DNA from: Amphiscolops sp. MND2022
Lineage: Eukaryota
NCBI GenBank assembly: GCA_964187785.1
Contig: OZ076409.1
Location: 99,884,001-99,948,000, forward strand
Reading direction: 5' to 3'
DNA length: 64,000 bases
A program made the translations under genes and the position numbers. Shown piece after piece: positions 10,601 to 22,165 of the stretch. The notes beneath the pieces are model-generated. The model saw nothing but the letters and a program-made list of their open reading frames with translations, did not search any database and had not been told where the DNA came from. How positions within the stretch are numbered: position 1 is the stretch's first letter; each line of letters begins with the position of its first letter.

Positions 10601-12873
10601 TACCGACGCTAGTTTTAACCGACAACCGTTCGGTCACACGATTTTTCCAAACGAAAACTACACCACCTGCACTTTGGAATGCCTGCGACTATGTACTCCA
10701 ATTTAATTTCCGCATCATGCACGTAGCAGGGTCACAAAATACGGCAGCAGATTTCCTCTCAAGACTTGAACTCACACCTAAAGAGAAAGTACAACTGAAA
10801 TTACGGGACGACATACTTACGGCACCGATAGAAATAAACCTACAGTCATCGGATGTAGCGGATGAAGAACAACTTTTCTTCCTCCCAGATGAAGAGGAAG
10901 AATCAGAACAAGAAATCTTCGCTAGGAAAGCCCTCAGTAAACAACGTGCCAACGACGAACATGAAAAAGATCTTTCTACCAAAGTCACTGAAGTCATCAA
11001 AATACCCCTCAACTCCGCAGTATATGCATTTGGAGCGATCAAAGAAAACGCACGAATCAGAAACGAAAAAGATGCGGACCCCCTACTGAAAGCGTTAAAA
11101 CAACGGGTGTCGCACGAAGAATACGACAAACACCTACTAAAGACTGAACCACGAGGACGCCACCTATTACGCCACGAAGAAAGAATCATCATGAAAGATG
11201 GGGTACTAATGCGCAAATACTACGGTGAGGACGGATCAGTCACGCACAATCAAGTCATCATTCCTAAACACCTTGTACCAGAACTCCTATCAACACTACA
11301 TGGCAAGACAAATAAACATCCAGGAATAGCAAAGATGATACAAGAATGCCGAGCCAAATACTATTTCCCGGGACTAGCACGAAAAATCCGCGCCTGGGTT
11401 ACCAGTTGCCCGGACTGCATCGCCAACAAAAGAATCGACACGCGACAGATACGTCCCAAAATGCTGAGCAACACTGAATTCACATTGGGACCAGAAGATT
11501 GCCTAGAAGTAGATATACTACCAAATCTACCATCCTCCAATGGATATCAGCACATCGTCACGATGATGGACGTCTTCTCTCGTTATCTTTTCGCATACCC
11601 GACACAGGACATGACAGCAAAAACAGTCGCACGATGCATAATAGACGTCATGACACGACACTGCTACCTACCGACCGTTATACTAACAGATAAAGGATCA
11701 CAATTCAGGTCAGAAGTAGTCGACCAAATAGCACGAACACTGGATATACGAATAAGCCACGCAACGACGAAACACGCTCAAACCATTGGCATCCTAGAAA
11801 GGACTCATGCCTCTTTAAAAACCTCCCTAAAGATATCGACGGGAGAACGACGATCCATGTGGCACAAATATGTCCAAATAGCAGTCATGAATTACAATAC
11901 AAGCTACCATGAAAGTTTAGGCTGCGAACCTACAACAGTGTTCCATGGACGCATCCCGTATAACATCCTAGACATCAAACTGGGACTAAAGCCGGAATGG
12001 AAAAAAGACAACAACGACGAACTAACGGACCAACTACAGAAGCAGATAGCTGAGATACAACAAGCAGCTAAAGACAAACTCATGCAGTCATATCTCAAGT
12101 ACAAACAATACCATGACAAGAAAGCGACTGCAACGCCACTCAAAGTGAATGACTACTGCTACGTCTTGAATCCGAAAGCTGACAACCAGTCAATGAAATT
12201 CGCTTTCAAAGATTGCATCTGGACGGGTCCGTACATCGTCGTCAAAGTACTGTCCAACAACAACTACGTCGTACGCCGCACGGGTACCCGCTACACGCAA
12301 ACCCTCCATAGAATTCGCCTATGGCTATATGCGCCCAATCAGCGAGTACCTGACGTAACAGTCAGAAGGGAAGATTACCTTCCAGATCCAGAGGTTAAAA
12401 CAACCCACAATGATTGGTACGCGCAAGCTTGGGAAACCGAATTCGGAGAAGTTCTGTTCGGAGACACAACGGAAAACGCCAAAGAAGAAACTACATTCAC
12501 AGAGATCACAGATACAATCGAAATTGACGAACCTACAACGCAAAATGACGTGGTTCAAACAACCACAAGCGAGATTACAACGGAAAATGACGTGGCTCAA
12601 ACAGCCACAAATGAAACAGCCGAAGGAGACAAAACACCCCCCGACAACGTAACGTCATTTAATCTGGATGTCAGTGACAATCCCTATATACTAACACCAC
12701 CGCCTCTAGAAAGCCCTCCCAAAACGCCTGAACTACCGCCTATAGTCGTTGGATATAACCCTAGGAAAGTAGGTCGATACAATCTGAGACCTAATCCGAA
12801 ACCTAACGTGGATCCTGACTTCAGAATGCTAGACTCAGCTACGACGCAAGAACTACGTCAAACTCACGCCTAG
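7631..12873 (+). pseudogene. pol: Pol polyprotein (protease, dUTPase-like spacer, RT, RNase H, integrase), disrupted by several indels
   Basis: LVDSGA protease; YVDD at 9936; TDAS/EFLAI/TDN/ADFLSR RNase H; H..H..CPDC plus D,D(TDKG),E(ERTH) and GPY integrase; frame breaks near 7828, 10118, 10225 and 10430. Confidence 0.93.
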
Positions 12874-13022
12874 AACGAAAAGTTCCTCATGTCAAACCGA
12901 ACCGGAATGACTACGTTAATTATAACAAAAAATACAAATAAAATACTAAAAACAACGCCAAAATATCATCAACAATAACAAACATCAAACAGTCTATAAC
13001 CTATAAATGTCTACTATCACAA

Positions 13023-16000
13023 TTATGCCACTCTATGGACGACATCAGGATCTCGTTCCTCACTAGAATCCTTCTTCCGCCCCTTTGTGCCACCTTTTGG
13101 TTTCTTCGACTGTCCAGAATGACTAGACTGACTAGATACCTTTTTCACAGACTTTGACCCGGACGCACCACCATGTATCGTAGTACTCCCGCTCTTACTC
13201 TTCTTCGAAGCGCCGCTCACATTACTGCCGGTCTCTGATCCAGAAGCCCCGACACTGCCACGAGCACGTCTGTTCGCTTTATTGCACTCCACATAATACC
13301 TCTCTGAAGATTTGCGGCGTGCCAGCAAAAATGTAGAATACAATTTGCGATAGTTGGCGATGAATGAGTCCACACCAGGATCACAGTAATTCCTCCAGAG
13401 ATCATAGCCGGGAGTAATATAATAAATCCCTGCAGTAACGATGGCATCTCCAAAGTCACATCAGTAAAGAACACCTGATGCTCATACCCCGCACACAAAA
13501 CGTACGATTGCACTAAGCGTACGCAATCATGGAAGACAGCTTTACTCAATGCACAGCCGCTCAGATCAAATGATACGGGAGGATACTGCACTGCGGGGAC
13601 CCCAACTACAAGACAGCATAACTTCAGAACTCGGCACACTTCCGGACGAGCGACAAAGCTAAAGTCCTGCAACAAATAGCGTACCACATCCGGGATCTCG
13701 CTGGCATTCACGTCAGACCCTTCGTGCCACCTCCTTTTCTCCACCACGTAACTGCTGAATTGAGCAATAGCAGCGTTCGAATCATCGGACGATAAAATTC
13801 CACAGGAAACCAATACTCCAGTAAGATCCGCAAATAAGGTAAACACGGAATGGGCATCTCCCTCCAACAGAATCTCAGGACTGAAACTGCAGAGGCCTTT
13901 CGCCACAACAGATGACACACTATGACTGTTCAAAATGACAGTGACCAGCTGATCCAGGAAATCACGACAAAATCTACGGAACTCCTGAGCCTCAGACGTT
14001 TTTCCAGCGAGCAACTCACGACCGAAGTCACAATTGTCCAAGAAAGTCTCCATTGAGGCAGCAGGGTATTCGGACATTTTCTTCACGTCCATGTACGCCT
14101 CCCAATCATGGATACCAGGCAATGACTCAATCTCCCGAGTCCGCAGAAGTAGACAGTACACAAAATGACACAATTCACTGTAGCCATGGAAGCCGTAATC
14201 CTTTCGTTGCTGACGCATCTTCTCAAAAATTAATTTGAACTAAAACACCAACAAGGGTTTACAAAGATAATACCGAACACTACAACCGAACACCAAACGC
14301 AATCAGACAAAAACAAACGACACAATTATACTGGATAGATACAAGCATCAATTGAGAACAACACCAATCAGCATCATACTTACAAGTGTCGAGAACAAAT
14401 CGCAACAGACCCAAGCGCTGCACGATCATGTTATCAGCAATCAGATGCCAGTCTGTCCCCAACATCTGGAAAAGAACAGAAACACAATCAAACCGACTAT
14501 AGCTACAAACAACACGTGATGCAAACGACAAAGCAACCAATAGAAATACTAACAGTAGCTGATTTGCCACGTGCTTCGGGATTGACAGTACAACGGATGT
14601 ACGGACGAATTGAAGGCCAAAGACTAATCAAGTCTGTCAACAACTCGCGATACTCATAGAACTCAACGGAGCCTCTTCGAAGACATCTGCATAGCACAAC
14701 CTTGTCCTCCGTCCACTCCTCGTAAACAGCATTCCGGAGCCGTTGAATCAAATACTCCACGATGGTAATGATATCTACCATCCCAAATATGTCCTGATGG
14801 GCTTGACGCAGGAACTGTATGAAGGTCTCCTCATTGAACTCGTGGTACACAACAAAACGGCGACCATCCGAACGATTACTGCTCATCACACTCAGCAAAC
14901 TGGGACTGGCACCACGAACAATTAACGGCAAATGCTTTGACTCCAGAACATGGATCACGCGGGACAGGGGTACCAACTCTGCATCAGGAACGGGCTGATC
15001 AATAGGCTCACTCCCCACACACACTTTCTTCAACCGATTATTTTCCCAAAATAGGACGTAGCAACGCTCCACGAAAAGATCTTTCTCGAACTGGACACTA
15101 TAGTCCTTGAAAGTCGTTATCCCATTGACCATTAGACGAAGAACTCGAGGAGCAAGAAGCCCCTGACAGAGAAACGACTAAAATACAAACGCCACAATGA
15201 TTCGTTATACCTACGTCTGAAAGAAAAAAAAAGAAAGAAAAAAAGAGAGAAGAAGAAGAGCACAATAACTCCAAAAGAAGAACACTATTGAAAACAACAA
15301 ATAAAACCGGGAAATTATGAACTCTCAAACTCCAAACGATGAACATGAAGCCAAACACACAAAACACACAACTTACCACGGATTCCGAACGACTCCAATG
15401 CAAAGCGAAATCAGCCTTCTGCTTGTCCAGTGACACACAAAAGTGACTCCAGAGTTGCCGCACCAGAGCAAAATCGCCTCCACAACGCAACAAATCACAG
15501 AGACAGCCCACAAAGGTCATGAAGGGAATTTTTGATTCCACGCGGGAGTGTTTCGGCAGGAGATCCTCTGGAAACGGATACCCAGTACCCAGCTCAACGA
15601 AAGGCTTCGCGCGATACTCAGCAAGCTGCTCTTCACTTAGCTGCAAGGGCTCCATCAGTTTGTTCAATACGGGCATGCCCATATGAACCCGGTATACGAC
15701 ATCCTTGTCCCAGTGACTGTCAGACTGGAAATGCCGAGCAAACTCTCGAGACCCCTGCGATCCCATGGCCACATCACGCTTACAGACCAGGCAATGAAAG
15801 TGAGTCCCGGCCCCCGTCTTTGATCCACTCACGAAATCACGGTATGCGGGATGCAACGATAACATGCGTTTGCTCAACATGTTCTTGCGACTGTACTTTT
15901 TGGCTTTTGTGCGACTGCCAGTTTGCGCGTCCATCCTCGCTTTCAACTCACTGAAACCTGCAACACACGACAAACGGAATGACATCGTGGAAAACCATAC

Positions 16001-16985
16001 CCTAAAAACCCACCCTGCAACTAACCTATACATATAGTACAAACAAATACTCACTATTTCGAATTGCCCGAGCAGTCCGCGTGTCAACTTCTTCCACAAT
16101 CTGCTGACTCATCAACTTCAGACCCTGCGGACTCAACGTCAACTCGTCGTTACCGACAACACAATGACACTACAAAACAACCCTACAAAGTAGATGATTT
16201 CAAAAATCACACTATTTTAACTCGTCAAGATATTCGAACCCCACAACAATACCCGTGCAACAGTGTGATAATACAAAATACACTAACTAATCCACCCCTC
16301 GGCAGGAGTCAATGGTGACGGAGGAGGAGTATCGCCCGTTTTAGCTCGTTTAGGCGGTGTCGAAAAGCTCACGACCTGTGACCGCCTTTGACGAACTGAA
16401 GGACCTAAAACACAAACCCAATACTCCCATCACTAGCCACCTTTTTCAGCGCATTAATACGACAACGACAAAACCTACTAACTTGTTTCTTCCTCGGAGG
16501 GGGAATCAGTCTCACCTCCTTGAGACACAGCATCGAGTTGGGTACGAGAGCAAGTCGTAACAATATCCTCAGTAGGAGGAAATTCAGCGGGCACGGCCGA
16601 CATAGCTGCCTGGGCAAGCGCAGCCCTAAAGCCAGGAGGAGTTGCAACTGACAGGAGACTACTAGCTGGTGGCAAAACGGGAGAGGGATTTCCCACAACC
16701 AATCCAAGAGAAGTGGAAGGAAAACCAGGTTGAGCTACTGAAAATCAAGATCTGGATTCAGACGCGTCAGAGTTACGGGTAGGACCAAAACGACTGATCA
16801 CCAAAAATACCAAGGTCCGGATTCCCATGGAAGTCAGAAAGATTTTACCAACCTGAAGTAGACAATCCAACTACATTCTCCGTAGACACTATGTCATCTT
16901 CGGAATAATTGTAGCCAGTCTCATTTCCACTTATGTGACCAGAAGTTACAGCAGTGCCACGTTCTACCTCTTCTTGATCCATCAT
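13023..16985 (-). pseudogene. Antisense spliced gene (~8 exons, ~1050 aa): hAT-transposase-like protein with zinc finger and no evident catalytic residues; frameshift near 13450 in this copy
   Basis: Exons 16985-16853, 16737-16483, 16404-~16288, 16169-16055, 15957-15377, 15177-14554, 14465-14343, 14239-13023. Five junctions have clear GT-AG sites with matching phase; two donors uncertain. Motifs CLVCKRDV..G..EFARHFQSDSH, LLAP..YSVQFE, GTDW, PEVCRVLKLCCLV. Confidence 0.75.
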
Positions 16986-17400
16986 ACCAGACACGAAGAA
17001 AGACGAATTTGTCAAGGAAATCTAAAAGAAAAAGAGAAATATAAAACAGAAACTACACGGAACTATCACGGAAATCCTAAAAAGAAAATTGAAAAAGACG
17101 AAAACGCGTTACGTCAACGCATCTAATTAAAAGAACTTAATATCATTCTCACTCAAAAGAAAAAGGAACCATTCATAGCTTCACATCTCAAGCTTATCAT
17201 AAGCATTGACGAAACAAAACGTTTCCAAAAACCTACTGGTGGATAGACATTCATCGAGAATTACTAAAGGAAATCATGGAAAAACATCAAGAGATCATGA
17301 AATACGGACGTAATTCGACAATGAAAATCAAAGATGTCATTACGCCATTAATCTAAAAGAGGACGAGAGCTAAAATTAGAAGTTTTCCTTAAGGATTTAA

Positions 17401-17480
17401 ACCAATCACAGCGCAGCAGGAAAGAGTTCGTTTCACCTAACTCGGGACGAACCGGAACGAAAACAGAAATCGACCAATAA
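17401..17480. promoter_or_regulatory. CCAAT boxes in putative internal bidirectional promoter
   Basis: ACCAATCACAGCG at 17401 and GACCAATAAG near 17472, between two divergent ORFs. Confidence 0.5.
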
Positions 17481-17629
17481 GAATTCGATGGAAATTACGA
17501 AAGAAAGCAAAGTGAAACGTTCATTTGTCGTTCAATTTTCACAAAGCTTGACCAGCGCTTCACTAATCTAAATAAGCAATCTCGCCTACATAAATTAAAG
17601 AAACTTCGCAATTTCTACCGCTTTAAAAA

Positions 17630-18493
17630 TTGGCAGGATATTCACTAGTCATCGACATCTCATCAGATGAAGAAAATACAAGACATAGCACGCCATTGAA
17701 GACCGTACCAGTAAATATGGTCGGAAGACTTGACCTCAGTGACTCTTCCACGGAAGTTTACCGTGGGAGCGACGCCGAATTAGAGTCAAGCCCAGAATCG
17801 CTAGCGAAAGAAACACCGACACCCAGGAAAAAGAAAAGGCTAACAAGAGTATCTTTTGCCCTACCCGAAGACGTCGACTCGGATGACTACTATGAAGAAC
17901 CCGAGACTCCTACCCTCCCCCCTCAAAGTAAAGAAAAAGAAAATTTCCCCACACTGGGTAATGAAAGGAAACGAGGGACTATCGTGGCCCAGGGAGGAAA
18001 CGGACCCTCCGCAGACGACTTAGAGGCCCTCTACGATCTTGACTTAGAAGACCGCCAATTTTTCAGGTCCCTAGGACTGGGAAATAACGTAGCAAAGAAG
18101 CCAAGCCAGCCTCCTTTCAAGCCTTGCAGAAAAGTAAATACCCCCCTCACGCAACTAACAGACTCAAGCTTGAATGATCTGAATGAACCAATCAAGCCAC
18201 CTGAAATCACCCAAGAGGAACGGGATCATTTCGAAAACATGGTGCGGGAACTTGAAGAAGAAGAAAAGAGAATTGCCCGTATGACTGCGGGGAGAGGTCG
18301 CGGCCCCCACCCGATGAGAAATTACCTAAGCCGACCCTCAGTGCTAGTCACAAAAGAAATTCCCCATTGCCACGGCCTACAGACGTATTTAGCGAGGAGA
18401 GGGGCCCTGTCACGACCCGCTCCCGGTCGTGGGTGTGAATGGTATTTCGCCCTAGGAAGAGGCAGAGGAAGGGGATACTGCAAGTACCATTAA
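17630..18493 (+). CDS. Accessory ORF (287 aa), low-complexity acidic/Pro-rich protein with short linear motifs; 3' end overlaps PPT and U3
   Basis: 864-nt open frame (TTG start, first ATG 17717); LVIDISSDEE, PRKKKR, RVSF, GRGRGRG; stop lies inside the 3' LTR. Confidence 0.7.
   Translation: MAGYSLVIDISSDEENTRHSTPLKTVPVNMVGRLDLSDSSTEVYRGSDAELESSPESLAKETPTPRKKKRLTRVSFALPEDVDSDDYYEEPETPTLPPQSKEKENFPTLGNERKRGTIVAQGGNGPSADDLEALYDLDLEDRQFFRSLGLGNNVAKKPSQPPFKPCRKVNTPLTQLTDSSLNDLNEPIKPPEITQEERDHFENMVRELEEEEKRIARMTAGRGRGPHPMRNYLSRPSVLVTKEIPHCHGLQTYLARRGALSRPAPGRGCEWYFALGRGRGRGYCKYH
18394..18404 (+). other. Polypurine tract of Gypsy element
   Basis: GAGGAGAGGGG, 3 nt before the 3' LTR TG. Confidence 0.85.
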
Positions 18494-20760
18494 AATACTA
18501 ACTAAACTAATATAATTCTACTTACAGTGCAGCTAAGATTATTTCGTAGATAATTTTTCAGAATAAAAATCTAACGTATGCGTCACGGAATATTTTGAGA
18601 AATGATTTTTAGCTAAAACTTTCGGTTAAAAGATTTCACGCTTAATAGATTTTCCATATCCGGTTTAATCTTCTGAAGTTCGCCATACTGATCTAAATAC
18701 CAAAATAGACATTTAACAACAGGGATTTTTCTTCAGTTCCACACTAAAATAAAACACATTTAAAATCCCGCAATCCCAACGGAATCCATACGATCTAAAA
18801 GGAAAAATACATAAAAGACAGAGTTGTTTTGGTTTTTTCTGTGATAAAGTAGTTGTCAATACCCACTTAAGGCGCAATCAAGTGACTTAAGAGAGGATTT
18901 ACAACGTAATGACGGCGTCACTCTACTGAGCTAAACTTAGATATTCTACTTTCGCGGACTAATAACGTCACCTCCTCGGCAGGATTATTCTTAGCTAGCG
19001 CGAGCGGTATTGAATTCGGTTGCCCCTAGCAACGCCAATCAGAATAAGAGAGAAAGAATGAATTCGCCTACGCGTTCCGCTCGCTTTCTGTCCACTCTGA
19101 CCTACTAGCTATAAGTAATCCTTATACGTACGTAGCAGTTACGTGGCGAATTGTAAAATTGTAGTCCACCTCTCTACTATAAGCAATCTTAATACATACG
19201 AAGCATTTACGGAGTGGTTTGAGAACATATAGTTAGAAAAGAATGGAACGAATGAAAGTTTAAGAGAATTTTTCCTGGTTCATTATTAGCTAAGGAATTT
19301 CTTGATTAGGTTTTAGAGGAAAACAGCTGCACTGTAAGGAAGGATTATGAGAAGAACAAAGTTGTAAGGTCCTGAATTCCATACTAATTTATTACGCCAT
19401 TGCTATACCTTTTAAATACTATATTACGGAGTGTACCCGTAATTCATACCGATGCTTTCTTTGCAGTTCATGATCAGTTGATGGTGATGGATTTTGCACT
19501 AATCTTCGTAAACTTACGTCATGTTTTCTGTATGATAAAGGTTGTATTACTCAGGACCTAATTCCAAGTCACGGAGTGTATACGTAAATTATACTGATGT
19601 CTGTTTGATGCTAATTTTATAACCTAACCCTAAATATGATGATGAAAGAATGATCCCGAAAGCAATTTCGGATTGGTACCAGTTTTGAAATGCCTTTGTT
19701 ACATTGTTTTATTTTTATTCTTGTGCTGTTGCAGTTAGATAGTATTTGGGACATGATACGGAGTATTCCCGTAACCCAAGTCAATTATTATGTTGGATTT
19801 CATGTTTGTTGTATACTGAAGTCAGTCTGCCTTAATGCCCATCAGCATCATTTGTTTCTCGTTTCAAATATTCTCAACGGCGAATTTTCAGCGACGTATC
19901 GTTTCCGTCACCATTTTTGAACATCATCTTTTTCCTCAAAATTCCAACTTCTTGAGTTGGATATTGACTAATAGTTCACGCCGGCGTGCTTACGCCGATG
20001 AAAATGTCAGTTAGACTTTCATTTTACCGCGGTTTTGAAGATCAAACAGGAAATGGATTATCTGAACAAAAATGATTTCAACAAAGTCTCACGGAATGTT
20101 GACGCAACTAGGAATTTCGATACCTGAATTTATGACGCCAGACTGAAATAATTTGAATCATCGGCGAATTTTGTTGAACAAACCCGATTTTTAAGATTCC
20201 TAGGAATTTTTAGGTGAGGAACAAATGATGCTAAGAAGGTATAAATATGTAGAGAGGACATGTATTTTTAGTTGAACTTGAATTTGTTTCAAAATTTTGT
20301 TGCTCGTTGTAATTACGAAAACTCAAAATTTCTTTGAAGAATTTAATTCTTGCCAAAGACTCTGATATCTCGACTTTGAAAATGACGACAAGGAGCCAGA
20401 AGAGAAAAGCTATAGCTGAGTTAGCGTCGGGAGATTTTGAAGCTTCTCTAGCTGAAAATAACTCCACCGAAAACCTGATACCTAGCTCTAATAAAAACCC
20501 TAGACTTGAGCTTGAAAACCTGGAGGAAATAAAAACAACTCTGAGAAAAGAGATAATGACTGATCTAACAAAAATATTAGCTGAAAATCAAAAGGAAATG
20601 CTCAAATTAGTAGCACCTGCGAGCAAGAAACGCTCAGTTAATCCGAACTTGCAAGATTCTGATTCTGACCAAGAAAACATCTCCGTAGCAAGAACGTCCA
20701 CCCCAGTCAAAACACAAACTGCGACTAGTTCTAAAACGACACCGAACAATAGTCGTAACA
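18408..20760 (+). repeat. 3' LTR of Gypsy element
   Basis: Same 2353-bp length and termini as 5' LTR; followed by CCAAG TSD. Confidence 0.97.
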
Positions 20761-20897
20761 CCAAGATTTGTTATCCTGAAACGGTATTCCCTGTCACGTT
20801 TTTCGCAAGTTGTTGTGACAATGTTTTCCCCACAACTTTTTGTCATAAAAATACGGTACCACTGCGCCTTCCATTTTTGTTTGAATTTTTGACGTAG
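20382..20897 (+). pseudogene. LTR-borne gag N-terminus fused to flanking DNA
   Basis: Matches gag codons 1-126 up to the LTR end at 20760, then continues into unrelated flank. Confidence 0.85.
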
Positions 20898-21653
20898 CTT
20901 TTGATAACCCAGTAATTGGATAATCTTGGACGGTCTTAGCAAATGGGCTGCCAAATGTTGGCGGAACTTTCAGCCTCTAAAATTCTTTGAGTTCAAACTT
21001 ATGACATCATTGTTCAATTGTGATTTACTCATTTCTCTACAAATATTTTTGATGTACAAAGAAGTCAACCGAATTTTGCAATGATAATGTGCCTGCATTG
21101 CAGACCGTTAAGCTGATAACAACCTTTCCTGTTAATTTTCCATATTGAAATTGTACCATAAAAAGTCCAGAAGTTTGAAAAAACAAAGATTTTCCCCACT
21201 CGACTAAGTTTCGTGTTGACGAACCACCCACAATTTGTGATAAAAACAACACGTACAAAAAACATTGTATGCATCAATGATAGGCGTGAGATTGGAGATG
21301 CTAATTTGGTAATTTCAAGGTATTACGTTGAAAAACTTCAACAGTTTTTGAGAGATGTTCAACAAATTTCAACGTATTTCAATTTGATTGGTCGCCCAGT
21401 TAATTTGATTGTGCCAGATAAATTTCTGGTCAATGATCAAATTCCAACAGAACAAATCAATAATTAGGTTCTGAAGGTAGTAAATCACACTTTAGCTACA
21501 CACATTTGATATAGATACCATTGTGAGCCTTTTTCAACACCTTCAGAATAGTTATCTGTTTGTATCTATTTAGAGTGTACCTATTTTTTGTTCGCCGAAA
21601 CAAGATTTCAGAATTTTGTTAAAATAAGTACTAACATAGCAGTCAACAACTTG

Positions 21654-22107
21654 TGTGCGGTCCAGACGCTTGTTCCCAGGGAAATTAGCGATGTTAAAAA
21701 GAAGATTGTATTCGACTCGTCATCAAGTACATTATTGATGTTGTTTCAATGCACGCAATGTAAACGATGGTCGATATATACAGTACGAATATACAACGAT
21801 ACAACACTACACACGAAAAATCATGGCGGCTAATATAGTATGGAAAAATTACATGACAATATAGTTGTTTACAAATAATGAATGTAATTAAAAGACAATA
21901 ATTAGATAACATTAAAAAGGATGAAGGTCAAACGTCTGGTTCGGGAAACGTCACGGAAGGTCATTGCTTAAATTCGAGTTTCAGAAAGGTAAAGAGTTTT
22001 GGCTCCTTGAGGGGTTCAAACCTATACCCCTGCTCACCGAGCCCGGTACGGTACAGCTAAACTACCGTTGCTTTGAAACCATTCGTTGTTACTAGTGGTC
22101 AGTAACA
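21654..22107 (-). repeat. BEL/Pao 3' LTR
   Basis: TGTGCGG...GTAACA on + strand; adjacent minus-strand purine tract GGGTGCGGAGGA. Confidence 0.9.
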
Positions 22108-22165
22108 TCCTCCGCACCCAAAGGTGTGGTGCCGAGCACGTGAATTAACTTAACGTATGGTCGGG

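Larger units (their letters stand above)
4250..20760 (+). mobile_element. Full-length Ty3/Gypsy LTR retrotransposon (16.5 kb) with accessory gene cassette
   Basis: Two 2353-bp direct repeats TGTCACGA...TCGTAACA; 5-bp TSD CCAAG at 4245-4249 and 20761-20765; PBS after 5' LTR and PPT before 3' LTR; pol order PR-RT-RH-IN. Confidence 0.97.

Noticed and set aside
6430..12143. Minus-strand ORFs over gag-pol (e.g. 8981-9652, 10689-11216)
   Set aside because: Shadow ORFs of the A/C-rich coding strand; no motifs.
12874..17100. Independent hAT transposon nested in the Gypsy element
   Set aside because: No TIRs or 8-bp TSD found by eye and catalytic residues appear absent; not fully excluded without other copies.
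13023..18493. env gene in the post-pol region
   Set aside because: No sense-strand ORF with signal peptide, furin site or transmembrane anchor; hydrophobic stretches in the ORF track are translated T-rich antisense introns.
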